DNA of 64,000 bases, from assembly GCA_045627265.1 (NCBI GenBank), contig JAZQNI010000066.1, forward strand, positions 160 through 64,159, in the 5' to 3' direction. A model generated the notes under the pieces. The model did not search any database, was not told the origin of the DNA, and worked only from the letters and a program-made list of their open reading frames with translations. The translations under genes were made by a program, and so were the position numbers. Origin of the DNA: Candidatus Cryptobacteroides sp. (GTDB lineage: Bacteria > Bacteroidota > Bacteroidia > Bacteroidales > UBA932). Shown here in pieces: positions 55,236 through 64,000 of this stretch (position 1 is the first letter of the stretch; the number at the start of each line of letters is the position of its first letter).

Positions 55236-57419
55236 TCAGAAAGTGTATGTCAGGCTCTTGAGGTCCTCCGTGCGGGAGCTGGAGCCATATTCGAGCTTGT
55301 ATGTGCCGGCCATCGGCACCATGTCCTGTGCGGCCTCATCCCACCAGGTGAATGTCCTCACGTCGAGAGGAAGCGTGACCTTGACCGTCTTGCCGGCAGG
55401 AACGCTGACTCTCTTGAATCCGCGCAGGGTCCTGATCGGTGACAGGGCGTCGTCCGGACGGCTCACATAAAGCTGTACGATCTCGTCGGCATCGACCGAG
55501 CCGGTGTTGGTGACAGGGATGGTGATCTTGCCCTTGCCGAGCTTGGCCTCGCCGAACTCGAAGCTGGTGTAGCTCAGTCCGTAGCCGAATGCGAAGAGCG
55601 GCTCGTCCTTGAAGAAGCGGTAGGTGTGTCCGGCCATGTCGTAATTCTCGAAATCAGGCAGCTGGCATACGGATTTGTAGAATGTCACAGGAAGCTTTCC
55701 TGAAGGGCTGGTCTCGCCGAAGAGCACATCGGCGATCGCTGTACCGCCTTCCTGGCCCGGATACCAGACCTGGAGGATGGCGTCGCAGTTCTCGGTTTCA
55801 GGCACGAGGCCGATGGCGCTGCCGGAGAAGTTGACCAGGATGACCTTCTTGCCTGCGAGATGCAGCTGCTCGATGAGAGTCCTCTGGACCTCAGGGAGTT
55901 CGATGTCCGTCCTGTCGCCTCCGGAGAATCCAGGAAGCTGGACAGGCATCTCTTCGCCTTCCAGACGGGCTGATATGCCTCCGGCGAATATCACTGTCTC
56001 GTAGCCTTCGAGCTGGTTCAGTACATCGACTATGTCGAGCGCCGGTTCGAAGACGCCCTTGATCTCGTCACTGCAGTCCTCAGGCTTGTATTCCGCACCC
56101 ACGAGACCGCAGCCGCGTACATATTTGATTTCGCCGCACCTGGCCTTGAGGCCTTCCAGCAAGGTGATGGTTGATTTTGGGACTGCGTTGTAGTTGCCCC
56201 ACATCATCTCGATGTCATCCGCGTTCGGACCGACCACGGCGATCTTGGTGTCGGCCGCCAAAGGCAGGATGTCGTCGTTGTTCTGCAGGAGCACGAAGCT
56301 TTCCTTGGCCATCTTGAGCGACATCGCCTTGTGCTCAGGTCCTTCCACGATACCGTCGGAGAGGTAGTCCCAAGGGTTGAGGTCGTCCATTTCGCCGAGT
56401 TTGTATCTGGCTTTGAGGAGCCGGCCGAGGTTGCGGTCGATGTCCTCTTCGCTGAGCAGACCCTGCTCCACAGCTTCCGGGATGTGCACATAGACCGGTC
56501 CGCATTCAGTGTCGATGCCAGACTTCACTGCGAGTGCTGCAGCTTCGGCCGCGGTCTCCACAGTACCATGGCGTCCTGGCATGTAGAAGTCTTCCACCGC
56601 CCAGCAGTCTGATGTCACGATGCCCTTGAAACCCCATTCTCCGCGGAGGATGTCGTTCATCAGGTAGCCGTTGGCTCCGCAAGGCATGCCGCGGAAACGG
56701 TTGTAGGCCGTCATCACCTCCTCGACGTGCGCCTTGGTGATGAGGTCCTTGAACGCAGGGAGGTAGGTCTCCCTGAGGTCGCGCTCCGAAATGACGGCGT
56801 CATACGAATGCCTGGAGGATTCAGGTCCTGAGTGCACAGCGAAATGCTTGGCGCATGCGTGTGCCTTGCGCACCGGCGAATCATCGGGTCCCTGAAGTCC
56901 CCTGACCACGGCCATTCCGAGGGTTCCGGTCAGATACGGGTCTTCGCCGTAGGTCTCCATGCCGCGGCCCCAGCGCGGGTCTCTGAACAGGTTGATGTTT
57001 GGTGTCCAGAAAGTGAGGCCTTCATAGATGTCGATGAGTCCTTCGCTCTTTGCGATGCGGTTCTTGACGCGCGCCTCGTCGCTCACCGCCGTGAATATCT
57101 GGTAGATGAACGGCTCGTCGAACGATGCCGCCATACCGATCGGTTGCGGGAAGACGGTGGCTGAGCCGTTCCTGGCCACGCCGTGGAGGGCTTCATTCCA
57201 CCAGTTGTACTGCTTGATGCCCAGTCTTTCGACTGCGGCTGATTCGTTCATCATCAGAGACGTTTTCTCCTCGATCGTGAGTTGGGAGAGCAGGGAATCG
57301 ACTTTCTGACTGATTTCTTCTTCGGAAAGACCTGGAATCTGGGTTCCGGCGTCTGTACAGGAGCTCAGGGCTGCCAATGCAGCCGCTCCGGCGAGGATAA
57401 AGTGGACGATATGTTTCAT
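55236..57419 (-). CDS. GH3 beta-xylosidase/beta-glucosidase (lipoprotein)
   Basis: Start MKHIVHF at 57419, lipobox LSSC; WWNEALHGV, RDPRWGRGMETYGED, KHF, SDC nucleophile, WYPGQEGG, FGYGLSYT, Fn3-like C-terminus. Confidence 0.95.
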   Translation of the reverse strand: MKHIVHFILAGAAALAALSSCTDAGTQIPGLSEEEISQKVDSLLSQLTIEEKTSLMMNESAAVERLGIKQYNWWNEALHGVARNGSATVFPQPIGMAASFDEPFIYQIFTAVSDEARVKNRIAKSEGLIDIYEGLTFWTPNINLFRDPRWGRGMETYGEDPYLTGTLGMAVVRGLQGPDDSPVRKAHACAKHFAVHSGPESSRHSYDAVISERDLRETYLPAFKDLITKAHVEEVMTAYNRFRGMPCGANGYLMNDILRGEWGFKGIVTSDCWAVEDFYMPGRHGTVETAAEAAALAVKSGIDTECGPVYVHIPEAVEQGLLSEEDIDRNLGRLLKARYKLGEMDDLNPWDYLSDGIVEGPEHKAMSLKMAKESFVLLQNNDDILPLAADTKIAVVGPNADDIEMMWGNYNAVPKSTITLLEGLKARCGEIKYVRGCGLVGAEYKPEDCSDEIKGVFEPALDIVDVLNQLEGYETVIFAGGISARLEGEEMPVQLPGFSGGDRTDIELPEVQRTLIEQLHLAGKKVILVNFSGSAIGLVPETENCDAILQVWYPGQEGGTAIADVLFGETSPSGKLPVTFYKSVCQLPDFENYDMAGHTYRFFKDEPLFAFGYGLSYTSFEFGEAKLGKGKITIPVTNTGSVDADEIVQLYVSRPDDALSPIRTLRGFKRVSVPAGKTVKVTLPLDVRTFTWWDEAAQDMVPMAGTYKLEYGSSSRTEDLKSLTYTF

Positions 57420-57425
57420 AATAAG

Positions 57426-57455
57426 CAAATATATACTTTATTTTCCATATCTTTG
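57426..57455. promoter_or_regulatory. Back-to-back -7 promoter elements in a 48-bp divergent gap (GH3 / GH25)
   Basis: TATATTTG on minus (57426-57433), TATCTTTG on plus (57448-57455). Confidence 0.55.
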
Positions 57456-57467
57456 ACCTGCTCGACC

Positions 57468-58223
57468 ATGAAGAACAAGAAAACCATACTCGACTTGCTT
57501 GTGCTGCTCCTGCTGGCTCTGGCTGTGTTCTATTATTTCTACAGGACAGAGGCAGTCGTGGATGGATATACGCTTCCGGAGGCTGAAGTGATCGGAATCG
57601 ATGTCTCGCACTACCAGGAGAGCATATCATGGAACAAGCTGTGTTTCGCTTACGATTCCCGCACCCGGGCTCTTACGGATGAGGAGGATGCTTCCACCAG
57701 GGATGTCGATTTCGTGATTGCCAAGGCGACGGAGGGAGTGAGCATGGTCGATGCCAGGTATTCCGAGTTCAAGTCCGGGTGCAAGAAGGCCGGCTTCACC
57801 TTCGGCGCATATCATTACTACAAGCCTGGGGTTTCTTCCAGCAAGCAGGCCCAGAATTTCATCAAGACGGCGAAACTGTCTTCCGGCAACCTGCGTCCTG
57901 TGCTGGATGTCGAGGAGCATGGTCTTTTGACGGTGGTCCAGCTCAGGGAAGGGGTGCTCGGCTGGTTGCAGGCCGTTGAGAAGAAATATGGTTGCGTGCC
58001 TATCCTGTATTGTAACGTGGAGTACTACTCGAAGTATTTTGCTACTGCGAAATTCAAGAAATACCCGATCTGGATAGCTTCCTACACTCACAAGCCCATA
58101 GTCGTGGACTATATCATGTGGCAGCAGACGGACAAGGGCATCGCCCGCGGCATCAAGGGCAACGTCGATATCGACGTGTTCAACGGCAAGCCGGAGGCTT
58201 TCCGTCAGTACATCATGGACTGA
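57468..58223 (+). CDS. GH25 muramidase (lysozyme) with N-terminal membrane anchor
   Basis: Start MKNKKT at 57468; GIDVSHYQ, AKATEG, GAYHYY, PVLDVE, WIASY, WQQTD, VDIDVFNG. Confidence 0.93.
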   Translation: MKNKKTILDLLVLLLLALAVFYYFYRTEAVVDGYTLPEAEVIGIDVSHYQESISWNKLCFAYDSRTRALTDEEDASTRDVDFVIAKATEGVSMVDARYSEFKSGCKKAGFTFGAYHYYKPGVSSSKQAQNFIKTAKLSSGNLRPVLDVEEHGLLTVVQLREGVLGWLQAVEKKYGCVPILYCNVEYYSKYFATAKFKKYPIWIASYTHKPIVVDYIMWQQTDKGIARGIKGNVDIDVFNGKPEAFRQYIMD

Positions 58224-58229
58224 TGCCGT

Positions 58230-58931
58230 ATGAAACGTCTGCTGAGATTCCTCTTGATCAAGCTGCCGCTGTGCTATGTGGCGCTGTCTCTCCTGCTTGT
58301 CCTTCTGCTGAAGTACGTTCCTGTATATTATACTCCGCTGATGCTGAAAAGGCATGTCCAGAACCGTGAGGACAAGGAGTATGTCATGAAGAAAAAGTGG
58401 AGGTCTCTGGAGAGGATTTCTCCTGCGGCGGCCAGGTGCGTGGTGGCCAGCGAGGATAACAAGTACTTTGACCACAAGGGTTTCGACTATGAGGAGTTCT
58501 CCAAGGTGGCCAGGGCCCACGTCGAGAAGGGCAAGAAGATGAGGGGCTGCAGCACCATCTCCCAGCAGACGGCCAAGAATGTCTTCACGTTCTGCAGCAG
58601 GACTGCCGCCCGCAAGGTTCTGGAGGCCTATTATACTGTGTTGATCGAGAAGATCTGGGGGAAGGAGCGTATTATGGAGGTCTATCTGAATGTCGCGGAG
58701 ATGGGGAAGGGCATATTCGGCATCGAGGCCGCTTCCCGTAACCATTTCGGTATATCTGCGGCGGAGCTCGATGTCAGCAAGGCGGCACTCATCGCTGCTT
58801 CTCTTCCTGATCCTCAGCACAGGAATCCTGCCAAGCCTACCAAGTTCATGCTTTCCCGTCAGAAGTCCGTCATCAAGATCACCCACGATCTCAGCTATCC
58901 TGACTGGCTCGACTACGAGCCCGTGAAATGA
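58230..58931 (+). CDS. mtgA: Monofunctional biosynthetic peptidoglycan transglycosylase (GT51)
   Basis: ASEDNKYFDHKGFD, GCSTISQQTAKN, RKVLEA, KERIMEVYLN, FGIEAAS. Confidence 0.93.
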   Translation: MKRLLRFLLIKLPLCYVALSLLLVLLLKYVPVYYTPLMLKRHVQNREDKEYVMKKKWRSLERISPAAARCVVASEDNKYFDHKGFDYEEFSKVARAHVEKGKKMRGCSTISQQTAKNVFTFCSRTAARKVLEAYYTVLIEKIWGKERIMEVYLNVAEMGKGIFGIEAASRNHFGISAAELDVSKAALIAASLPDPQHRNPAKPTKFMLSRQKSVIKITHDLSYPDWLDYEPVK

Positions 58932-58971
58932 CCGGTCCCGGCTTTCCCGTTCCGCCAAAAGTTTTTGGACT

Positions 58972-59707
58972 CGGCTTCACGCGGCTGCGCTGCTGCCAGA
59001 AGGGCGCAAAAGTTTTTGCCCATCGCTCCGCTCGGGAATGCGCTCTTCTGGCACAACTCCGCCTTCGTTCCGCCGCAGAGCAGCAGATGTCGTTACAGTT
59101 TCGCCGTTCAAAAAAACAGCGACCTCCAGATATGAGGTAAATCTTTTCTCGTAATCGGCGCCATGCATTCCAGGGCACAGTATTGATGGCCCGTGATTAC
59201 GACCGCCTTCTGGAGGCATGTCGTAATCAACACCCCCCCATATACAGCCTGAGAGGCCACTCTCTGATTACGAGATCAGTTTTACTGCAAACCTCGTCGG
59301 TCCGCAAATCCGGCTTCATGAGTCTTCGCAGTGGCAACTGCATGCCGCTTTGCTGCGGCTCCGCCCTGCCTCAAAGTGTATTCTGTGATTGTGCTCTAAT
59401 GTTGCCGGATATTCTGAACAGTTGCTGATTTCCTGATAGCAGGCAAATGGCTGACAGTCAAGCAGTAAAAGAATCCGCCTTGCGCCAAAATGCGCAAGGC
59501 GGAGGGCTTAGTATGTTGGTAATCAGACAACTAACTGCTTTGATACCCGGATGCTTGGCTGCCCGGCTGGAACATCGGTAGTGGCGGGTAAGTGATTGAA
59601 AATCAACTAATTCAACACATGAGGGGTCCCTTTGTAGCACACCCCTCATGTTGCTTATTCGCTGACTATCAGCATGTTACCCGCCACTGGTTATCAGAAT
59701 ATGCTTT
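58972..59707. repeat. Composite palindromic intergenic repeat, copy 2 (modules B 58972-59075, A 59075-59318, E ~59450-59540, C 59581-59707)
   Basis: B matches 36665-36768 at 100/104; A matches 36502-36672 with a 72-bp insertion; C matches 36826-36952. Confidence 0.9.
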
Positions 59708-59865
59708 TTCGGAACGGATGTGGCAGGGGAGAACTATGCTCCGTGGTGATGATAACGAGATATGTTTGACGATTTGTTCTCACCTTTTTCGAGGGAATTT
59801 GTTTCAAAACGGATTTTTTCCATACCTTTGTATTAACAATATCGTTAGACAAATACGTTAATACT

Positions 59866-61239
59866 ATGAAAAAGAAAGTGCTCATATTGGCCCTCGGGCT
59901 GCTTCCTCTGGCCGCGTCCGGCCAGGGAACGCCGTGCAGCGGTCCTCTTACCCTGAGCCAATGTCTGGAATACTCCGTGGAGAACAACCTCGCTCTCCAG
60001 AAGGACAGACTCGGGATGGAGACGGCCTTGCAGTCCAAGAGAGAGATCCTTGGGTCCCTGCTTCCGCAGCTTAACGCTTCGGGCGGAATGACCTACAACA
60101 TCCAGAAGACGGCCATCGCGATGCCGAACTTCGTCAATTCGATGATGCCGGAAGCCATGCGCGACCCAAATGCAGACAAGTACATGACGGTCACGATGGG
60201 CATGGACCTCAGCGCCAACTGGGGCGTCTCCCTGACCCAGCAGCTCCTCAACTTCTCGCTCTTCAATGCGGTCCAGATAGCCAGGACGGCCGAAGACATG
60301 TCCGAGATGGGAGTGGAGTCCAGCACCAAGGACGTAGTCGCCAAGACGGCCGCCCTCTTCTACAACGCGCAGATACTCCAGTATTCGATGGACCTGTTCG
60401 ACCAGAGCCTTGAGCTGATGGACAGGATGTCACAGATGATGTCGACAAATCTGGAACTCGGCCTCGTCAGACAGGTCGATGCAGACAGGATCCTGGTCAA
60501 CAAGACCAATCTCGAGACGCAGAAAGACGCCATGGTACAGGCTCTCGAAGTGCAGAAGAACCTGCTCAAGCTGCAGATGGGCTTCCCTATGACCGAGCCC
60601 CTGGACATCGCCCCGGTGGACATCGATGCCATCGAGTCCATGATCTTCCTCGAGACCCTGCGCCAGTTCGACGTCGAAGAGCAGCTCCCGTTCAAGATGC
60701 TCAAACAGCAGCAGAACATCCTGGAGCTCCAGCGCAAGTCGGCCATTTCCGAGACCCTGCCGGCCCTCACGCTCAACGCCAACTATTCGCAGAATTACAT
60801 GGGAGACCATTTCTACGGCGAGACCTACCACCACTTCCCGGTGTCGATGGTGTCGCTCAACCTCCGCGTGCCGCTCTTCACCGGCATGTCCAAGACGGCC
60901 AAGATTAAGAAAGCGGGCATCGAACTCCGCAAATCCGAGCGTGACGAAAAGATGCTCGTGCAGTCCCTGACCATGGGCTACAACAACGCCTGGATACAGA
61001 TGGAGCAGAACCGCAACACGGTCCACTCCCAGGAGCGTAACCAGCGTCTGGCCCAGGACGTGCTCGACGTCACCGAAAGCAACTACAAGGAGGGCATCGC
61101 CAGCCTGTCGGACCTGCTGAACGCCTCCTCTTCGCTGATCCAGGCCCAGATGAACTATGTCAACGCCCTGAACAGCAGCGTCAAATCATACCTCGACCTC
61201 AAGTCGGCCGACGGAACCATTATGGAAATCAAAAAGTAA
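59866..61239 (+). CDS. TolC-family outer membrane efflux protein
   Basis: Signal peptide, LTLSQCLEYSVENN, LLPQLN, LRVPLFTG, NYKEGIASLSDLLNA; -7 element TACCTTTG at 59823-59830. Confidence 0.92.
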   Translation: MKKKVLILALGLLPLAASGQGTPCSGPLTLSQCLEYSVENNLALQKDRLGMETALQSKREILGSLLPQLNASGGMTYNIQKTAIAMPNFVNSMMPEAMRDPNADKYMTVTMGMDLSANWGVSLTQQLLNFSLFNAVQIARTAEDMSEMGVESSTKDVVAKTAALFYNAQILQYSMDLFDQSLELMDRMSQMMSTNLELGLVRQVDADRILVNKTNLETQKDAMVQALEVQKNLLKLQMGFPMTEPLDIAPVDIDAIESMIFLETLRQFDVEEQLPFKMLKQQQNILELQRKSAISETLPALTLNANYSQNYMGDHFYGETYHHFPVSMVSLNLRVPLFTGMSKTAKIKKAGIELRKSERDEKMLVQSLTMGYNNAWIQMEQNRNTVHSQERNQRLAQDVLDVTESNYKEGIASLSDLLNASSSLIQAQMNYVNALNSSVKSYLDLKSADGTIMEIKK

Positions 61240-61245
61240 CATGAT

Positions 61246-62295
61246 ATGAAAAAGACAATCGCAATCATACTGTGCGTCCTCGCAGTGGCCGGAATGGTGC
61301 TCCTGCTCGCAGGCAACAAAAAGAAGATCCAGGAGCAGACGGCTTCCGTCGACCTGGCCGGCGCATCCGAAGTCGTGACCACCTACACCGTCACCTCGGA
61401 GCAGTGCAGCCGCAACTTCACATCCAACGGTCTCGTACAGGCCGGTGCCGAACTCAACTTCGTCTCCGAGATCAGCGGCCGCGTCACAGAAATCTACGTG
61501 GACAAGGGATCCCGCGTGGGCAAGGGCACTCCGCTCCTGAAGATCGATTCGGAGCTGCTTGAGGCCGACTACAAGGCCGCCCAGGCAGCATACGACGCGC
61601 TCAAGAAGGATGAGGAGAGATTCACCCGCTCATTCGAGGCCGGAGGCATCACCAACCAGCAGCTCGACAACGTCAGGACCCAGCTCGTGGCGGCCGAAAG
61701 CAGGCTTGCGGTCAGCAAGTGGAAGCTGGACAACGCAGTGGTCAAGGCGCCGATCGCAGGCACGGTCAATTCCCGCTTCGTCGAGAGGGGTGCGCTCATC
61801 GCGCCTAACGTGCCGCTCTTCGAAATCGTGGACGACAGCCGCCTGAAGGTCATCTGCAACGTGCCGGAGTCCAAGGTCCGGCTCATCGGTAAAGGCCAGA
61901 AAGTATCCGCAACTTCTTCCGATGCGCCCGAACAGGCATTCTCCGGCTCCATCAGGAACATCGGCATCAAGACCGACCGCGGACTCAACTACCCTGTGGA
62001 GATCGCTCTCGACAAAGCGCCCGAACTCCGCATCGGCATGTACCTCAAGGTCGCCTTTGACGCGGCCCAGGAGCAGGACTGCATACTCATTCCGCGCAAG
62101 GCGGTGGTCGGCAGCGTGCTTTCGGCCGACGTTTTCGTGGCTGAGGACGGCAAGGCTGTGCGCCGCTCCGTCAAGCTCGGCGACATGTTCGGCGACAAGA
62201 TAGAGATCCTCGCCGGCCTCGAGCCGGGCGAAAGCATCATCCTCTCCGGACTTATGAACATCTCGGATGGCTCGGCCATCAGGATCATCGAGTAG
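61246..62295 (+). CDS. RND efflux periplasmic adaptor (membrane fusion protein)
   Basis: SEISGRVTEIYVDKGSRVGKG lipoyl half, coiled hairpin, VKAPIAGTV, LRIGMY, IEILAGLEPGE. Confidence 0.93.
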   Translation: MKKTIAIILCVLAVAGMVLLLAGNKKKIQEQTASVDLAGASEVVTTYTVTSEQCSRNFTSNGLVQAGAELNFVSEISGRVTEIYVDKGSRVGKGTPLLKIDSELLEADYKAAQAAYDALKKDEERFTRSFEAGGITNQQLDNVRTQLVAAESRLAVSKWKLDNAVVKAPIAGTVNSRFVERGALIAPNVPLFEIVDDSRLKVICNVPESKVRLIGKGQKVSATSSDAPEQAFSGSIRNIGIKTDRGLNYPVEIALDKAPELRIGMYLKVAFDAAQEQDCILIPRKAVVGSVLSADVFVAEDGKAVRRSVKLGDMFGDKIEILAGLEPGESIILSGLMNISDGSAIRIIE

Positions 62296-62314
62296 AACCT
62301 AATGCAGAAGTATC

Positions 62315-64000
62315 ATGAAAATCTCGGAACTGTCGATTAAACGACCGATATACGTCATTGTGCTGTTCCTCGTGATCGGCATAATGGGCTTGCTGGGCTA
62401 TTCGTCCCTGAAAGCCGAGCTCATGCCTAAATTCTCACCTCCTTCGATGACTGTGCAGGTTGTCTATCCGGGCGCATCCCCGTCCGAGGTTGAGAACTCC
62501 CTGACGGAGAAGCTCGAAGACGTGCTCTCATCGATGTCAGGCATCGAATCCATGCGCTCGTACTCGTTCGAGGGCATGTCCATGGTGTTCGTGTCCTTCA
62601 CCTACGGCACCGACATGGAAAAGGCGGTCACAGACGCCCAGAACAAGATAAACTCCAAGAAAGCCGAACTGCCGTCCACCGTCCTCGCGCCTATGGTCAA
62701 CGAGATCAGCGTGGATGCCAAGTCCGTCATAACCCTGTCCTTGAGCTCCAATCTCGAGGCGACCGATTTCAGCGACCTGGTCGACCATGACATCCTTCCT
62801 GAACTCCAGCGCATCCGCGGCATGGCGAAGGTCGAGACCGTGGGCGAGCACAAGCGCGAGATCCAGGTCAACATGGACATGGGCGTGATGCGGGAACTCG
62901 GCATCACGCCAGTGCAGGTGCTCGGAGTGCTCAAGGGCGCCAACCTCGACTTCCCGACCGGCAACCTGCGTGACGGCCGCACCCAGACCGCCATCCGTCT
63001 TTCCGGCAAGCTGAAGACCGTCGATGAGATCCGCGACCTCGTGCTGATGACGCTTCCGAACGGTACCCAGCTGCGTCTGAGTGACATCGCGGACGTGGTC
63101 GAGACTGCCGCCGACGTCAACGCCCTCGCACGCGTCAACGGTGAGGAGGCCGTGCTCATCAACATCTTCAAGCAGGAGGACGCCAACGCGATTGAACTCA
63201 GCGACAAGGTAGCTGAGACGGTTGCAAGCCTCGAGCAGAAATACGCTGCAGAGGACCTGCACATCATCACCGTGGCCGACACCTCCAACTTCACCCGCGA
63301 GTCCATCAGCTCCGTGCTCAAGGACCTGCTGCTGGCCATCCTGCTCGTCACGCTCGTGATACTCATCTTCCTCCACAACTGGAGGAACGCCCTCATAGTG
63401 ATGCTTGTCGTGCCTCTGTCGCTCATCGGCTCTTTCATCGGCATGCAGCTCTTCCACTTCACCCTGAACATCATGTCCCTGCTCGGACTGTCCGTGGTGA
63501 TCGGCGTGCTCGTGGATGACGCGATCGTCGTCATCGAGAACGTCTGCCGCCATATGGAAATGGGCAAGAAACCGCTCCAGGCCACCCTGGATGCAATGAA
63601 CGAAATCGGTGTCACAGTCATCACCGTGACTATCGTGCTCGTCATCGTGTTCCTGCCTATCGCCCTTACCAACAGCCTCGTGTCCGATATCCTGCGGCAG
63701 TTCTGCGGTGTGATCATCTTCTCCATCCTGTTCAGCCTCCTGTCTGCGCTGACCCTCGTTCCGCTGCTCACTTCGCGCTTCGGCAAGATGGATACGCTCG
63801 ACTCCGGCACCGTATGGGGAAGGACCATGCTCTGGTTCGAGAAGCAGATCGGCGCCTTCGCCGACTCCGTTTCCGGCCTGCTCCGCAAGTCTCTTGCACA
63901 CAAGCGCTGGGTGGGCATCACCGTGATAGTCATCACAGTGCTCGTCTGCTCTCTTTTCCCTATGGGTTTCGTGGGCTTCGAGTTCATGCCGAAGGTGGAT
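62315..64000 (+). CDS. RND efflux permease (AcrB/AcrD/AcrF family), N-terminal part (runs off the window edge; not in the ORF track)
   Basis: Manual translation from 62315: MKISELSIKRPIYVIVLF...YPGASPSEVENSLTEKLED...LNIMSLLGLSVVIGVLVDDAIVVIEN. Confidence 0.95.
   Translation, partial: MKISELSIKRPIYVIVLFLVIGIMGLLGYSSLKAELMPKFSPPSMTVQVVYPGASPSEVENSLTEKLEDVLSSMSGIESMRSYSFEGMSMVFVSFTYGTDMEKAVTDAQNKINSKKAELPSTVLAPMVNEISVDAKSVITLSLSSNLEATDFSDLVDHDILPELQRIRGMAKVETVGEHKREIQVNMDMGVMRELGITPVQVLGVLKGANLDFPTGNLRDGRTQTAIRLSGKLKTVDEIRDLVLMTLPNGTQLRLSDIADVVETAADVNALARVNGEEAVLINIFKQEDANAIELSDKVAETVASLEQKYAAEDLHIITVADTSNFTRESISSVLKDLLLAILLVTLVILIFLHNWRNALIVMLVVPLSLIGSFIGMQLFHFTLNIMSLLGLSVVIGVLVDDAIVVIENVCRHMEMGKKPLQATLDAMNEIGVTVITVTIVLVIVFLPIALTNSLVSDILRQFCGVIIFSILFSLLSALTLVPLLTSRFGKMDTLDSGTVWGRTMLWFEKQIGAFADSVSGLLRKSLAHKRWVGITVIVITVLVCSLFPMGFVGFEFMPKVD

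Noticed and set aside
57468-58223. Prophage endolysin
   Set aside because: No holin, structural or integrase genes nearby; membrane-anchored GH25 genes in housekeeping context are common in Bacteroidota.
59149-59273. CRISPR array
   Set aside because: The repeats are only 8 bp, alternate in orientation and form two units; no cas genes are present. Reported instead as a cassette-like repeat.

Overview
Chromosomal segment of a Bacteroidales bacterium (inferred from TAnnTTTG -7 promoter elements, a SusC/SusD pair and a Bacteroidota-type coaX-lptC locus). No tRNA, rRNA, CRISPR array, phage or transposase gene was seen. 1-14.9 kb: housekeeping genes (partial sdhA/frdA, ruvB, mfd, coaX, outer-membrane barrel, TPR protein, lptC, PpiD-like chaperone, ychF, EEP nuclease, galK). 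The AT-rich ruvB-mfd spacer carries a cluster of TTATCAACA-type DnaA-box-like 9-mers and is a candidate oriC. 14.9-32.9 kb: an atypical sialic-acid/ulosonic-acid utilisation locus with a Kelch (NanM-like)-SSS transporter fusion, a FadR-type regulator, NanA, SusC/D, three GH33 sialidases (one fused to an alpha/beta esterase), a PKD-LamG surface protein, a second divergent DHDPS-family aldolase and an unknown helical lipoprotein, but no recognisable NanE epimerase or kinase. 32.9-64 kb: transporters, thyA-folA, mutS, glycosidases (GH28-like, GH97, GH31, GH3), GH25, mtgA and an RND efflux operon. The most unusual non-coding signal is a family of modular palindromic intergenic repeats (36.5-36.95 kb, 50.17-50.27 kb, 58.95-59.71 kb). 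It includes a ~267-bp unit present in two circularly permuted forms, with a compensatory base-pair change and an expandable TCGTAATC/GATTACGA cassette. All calls were made by eye; no database searches were run.
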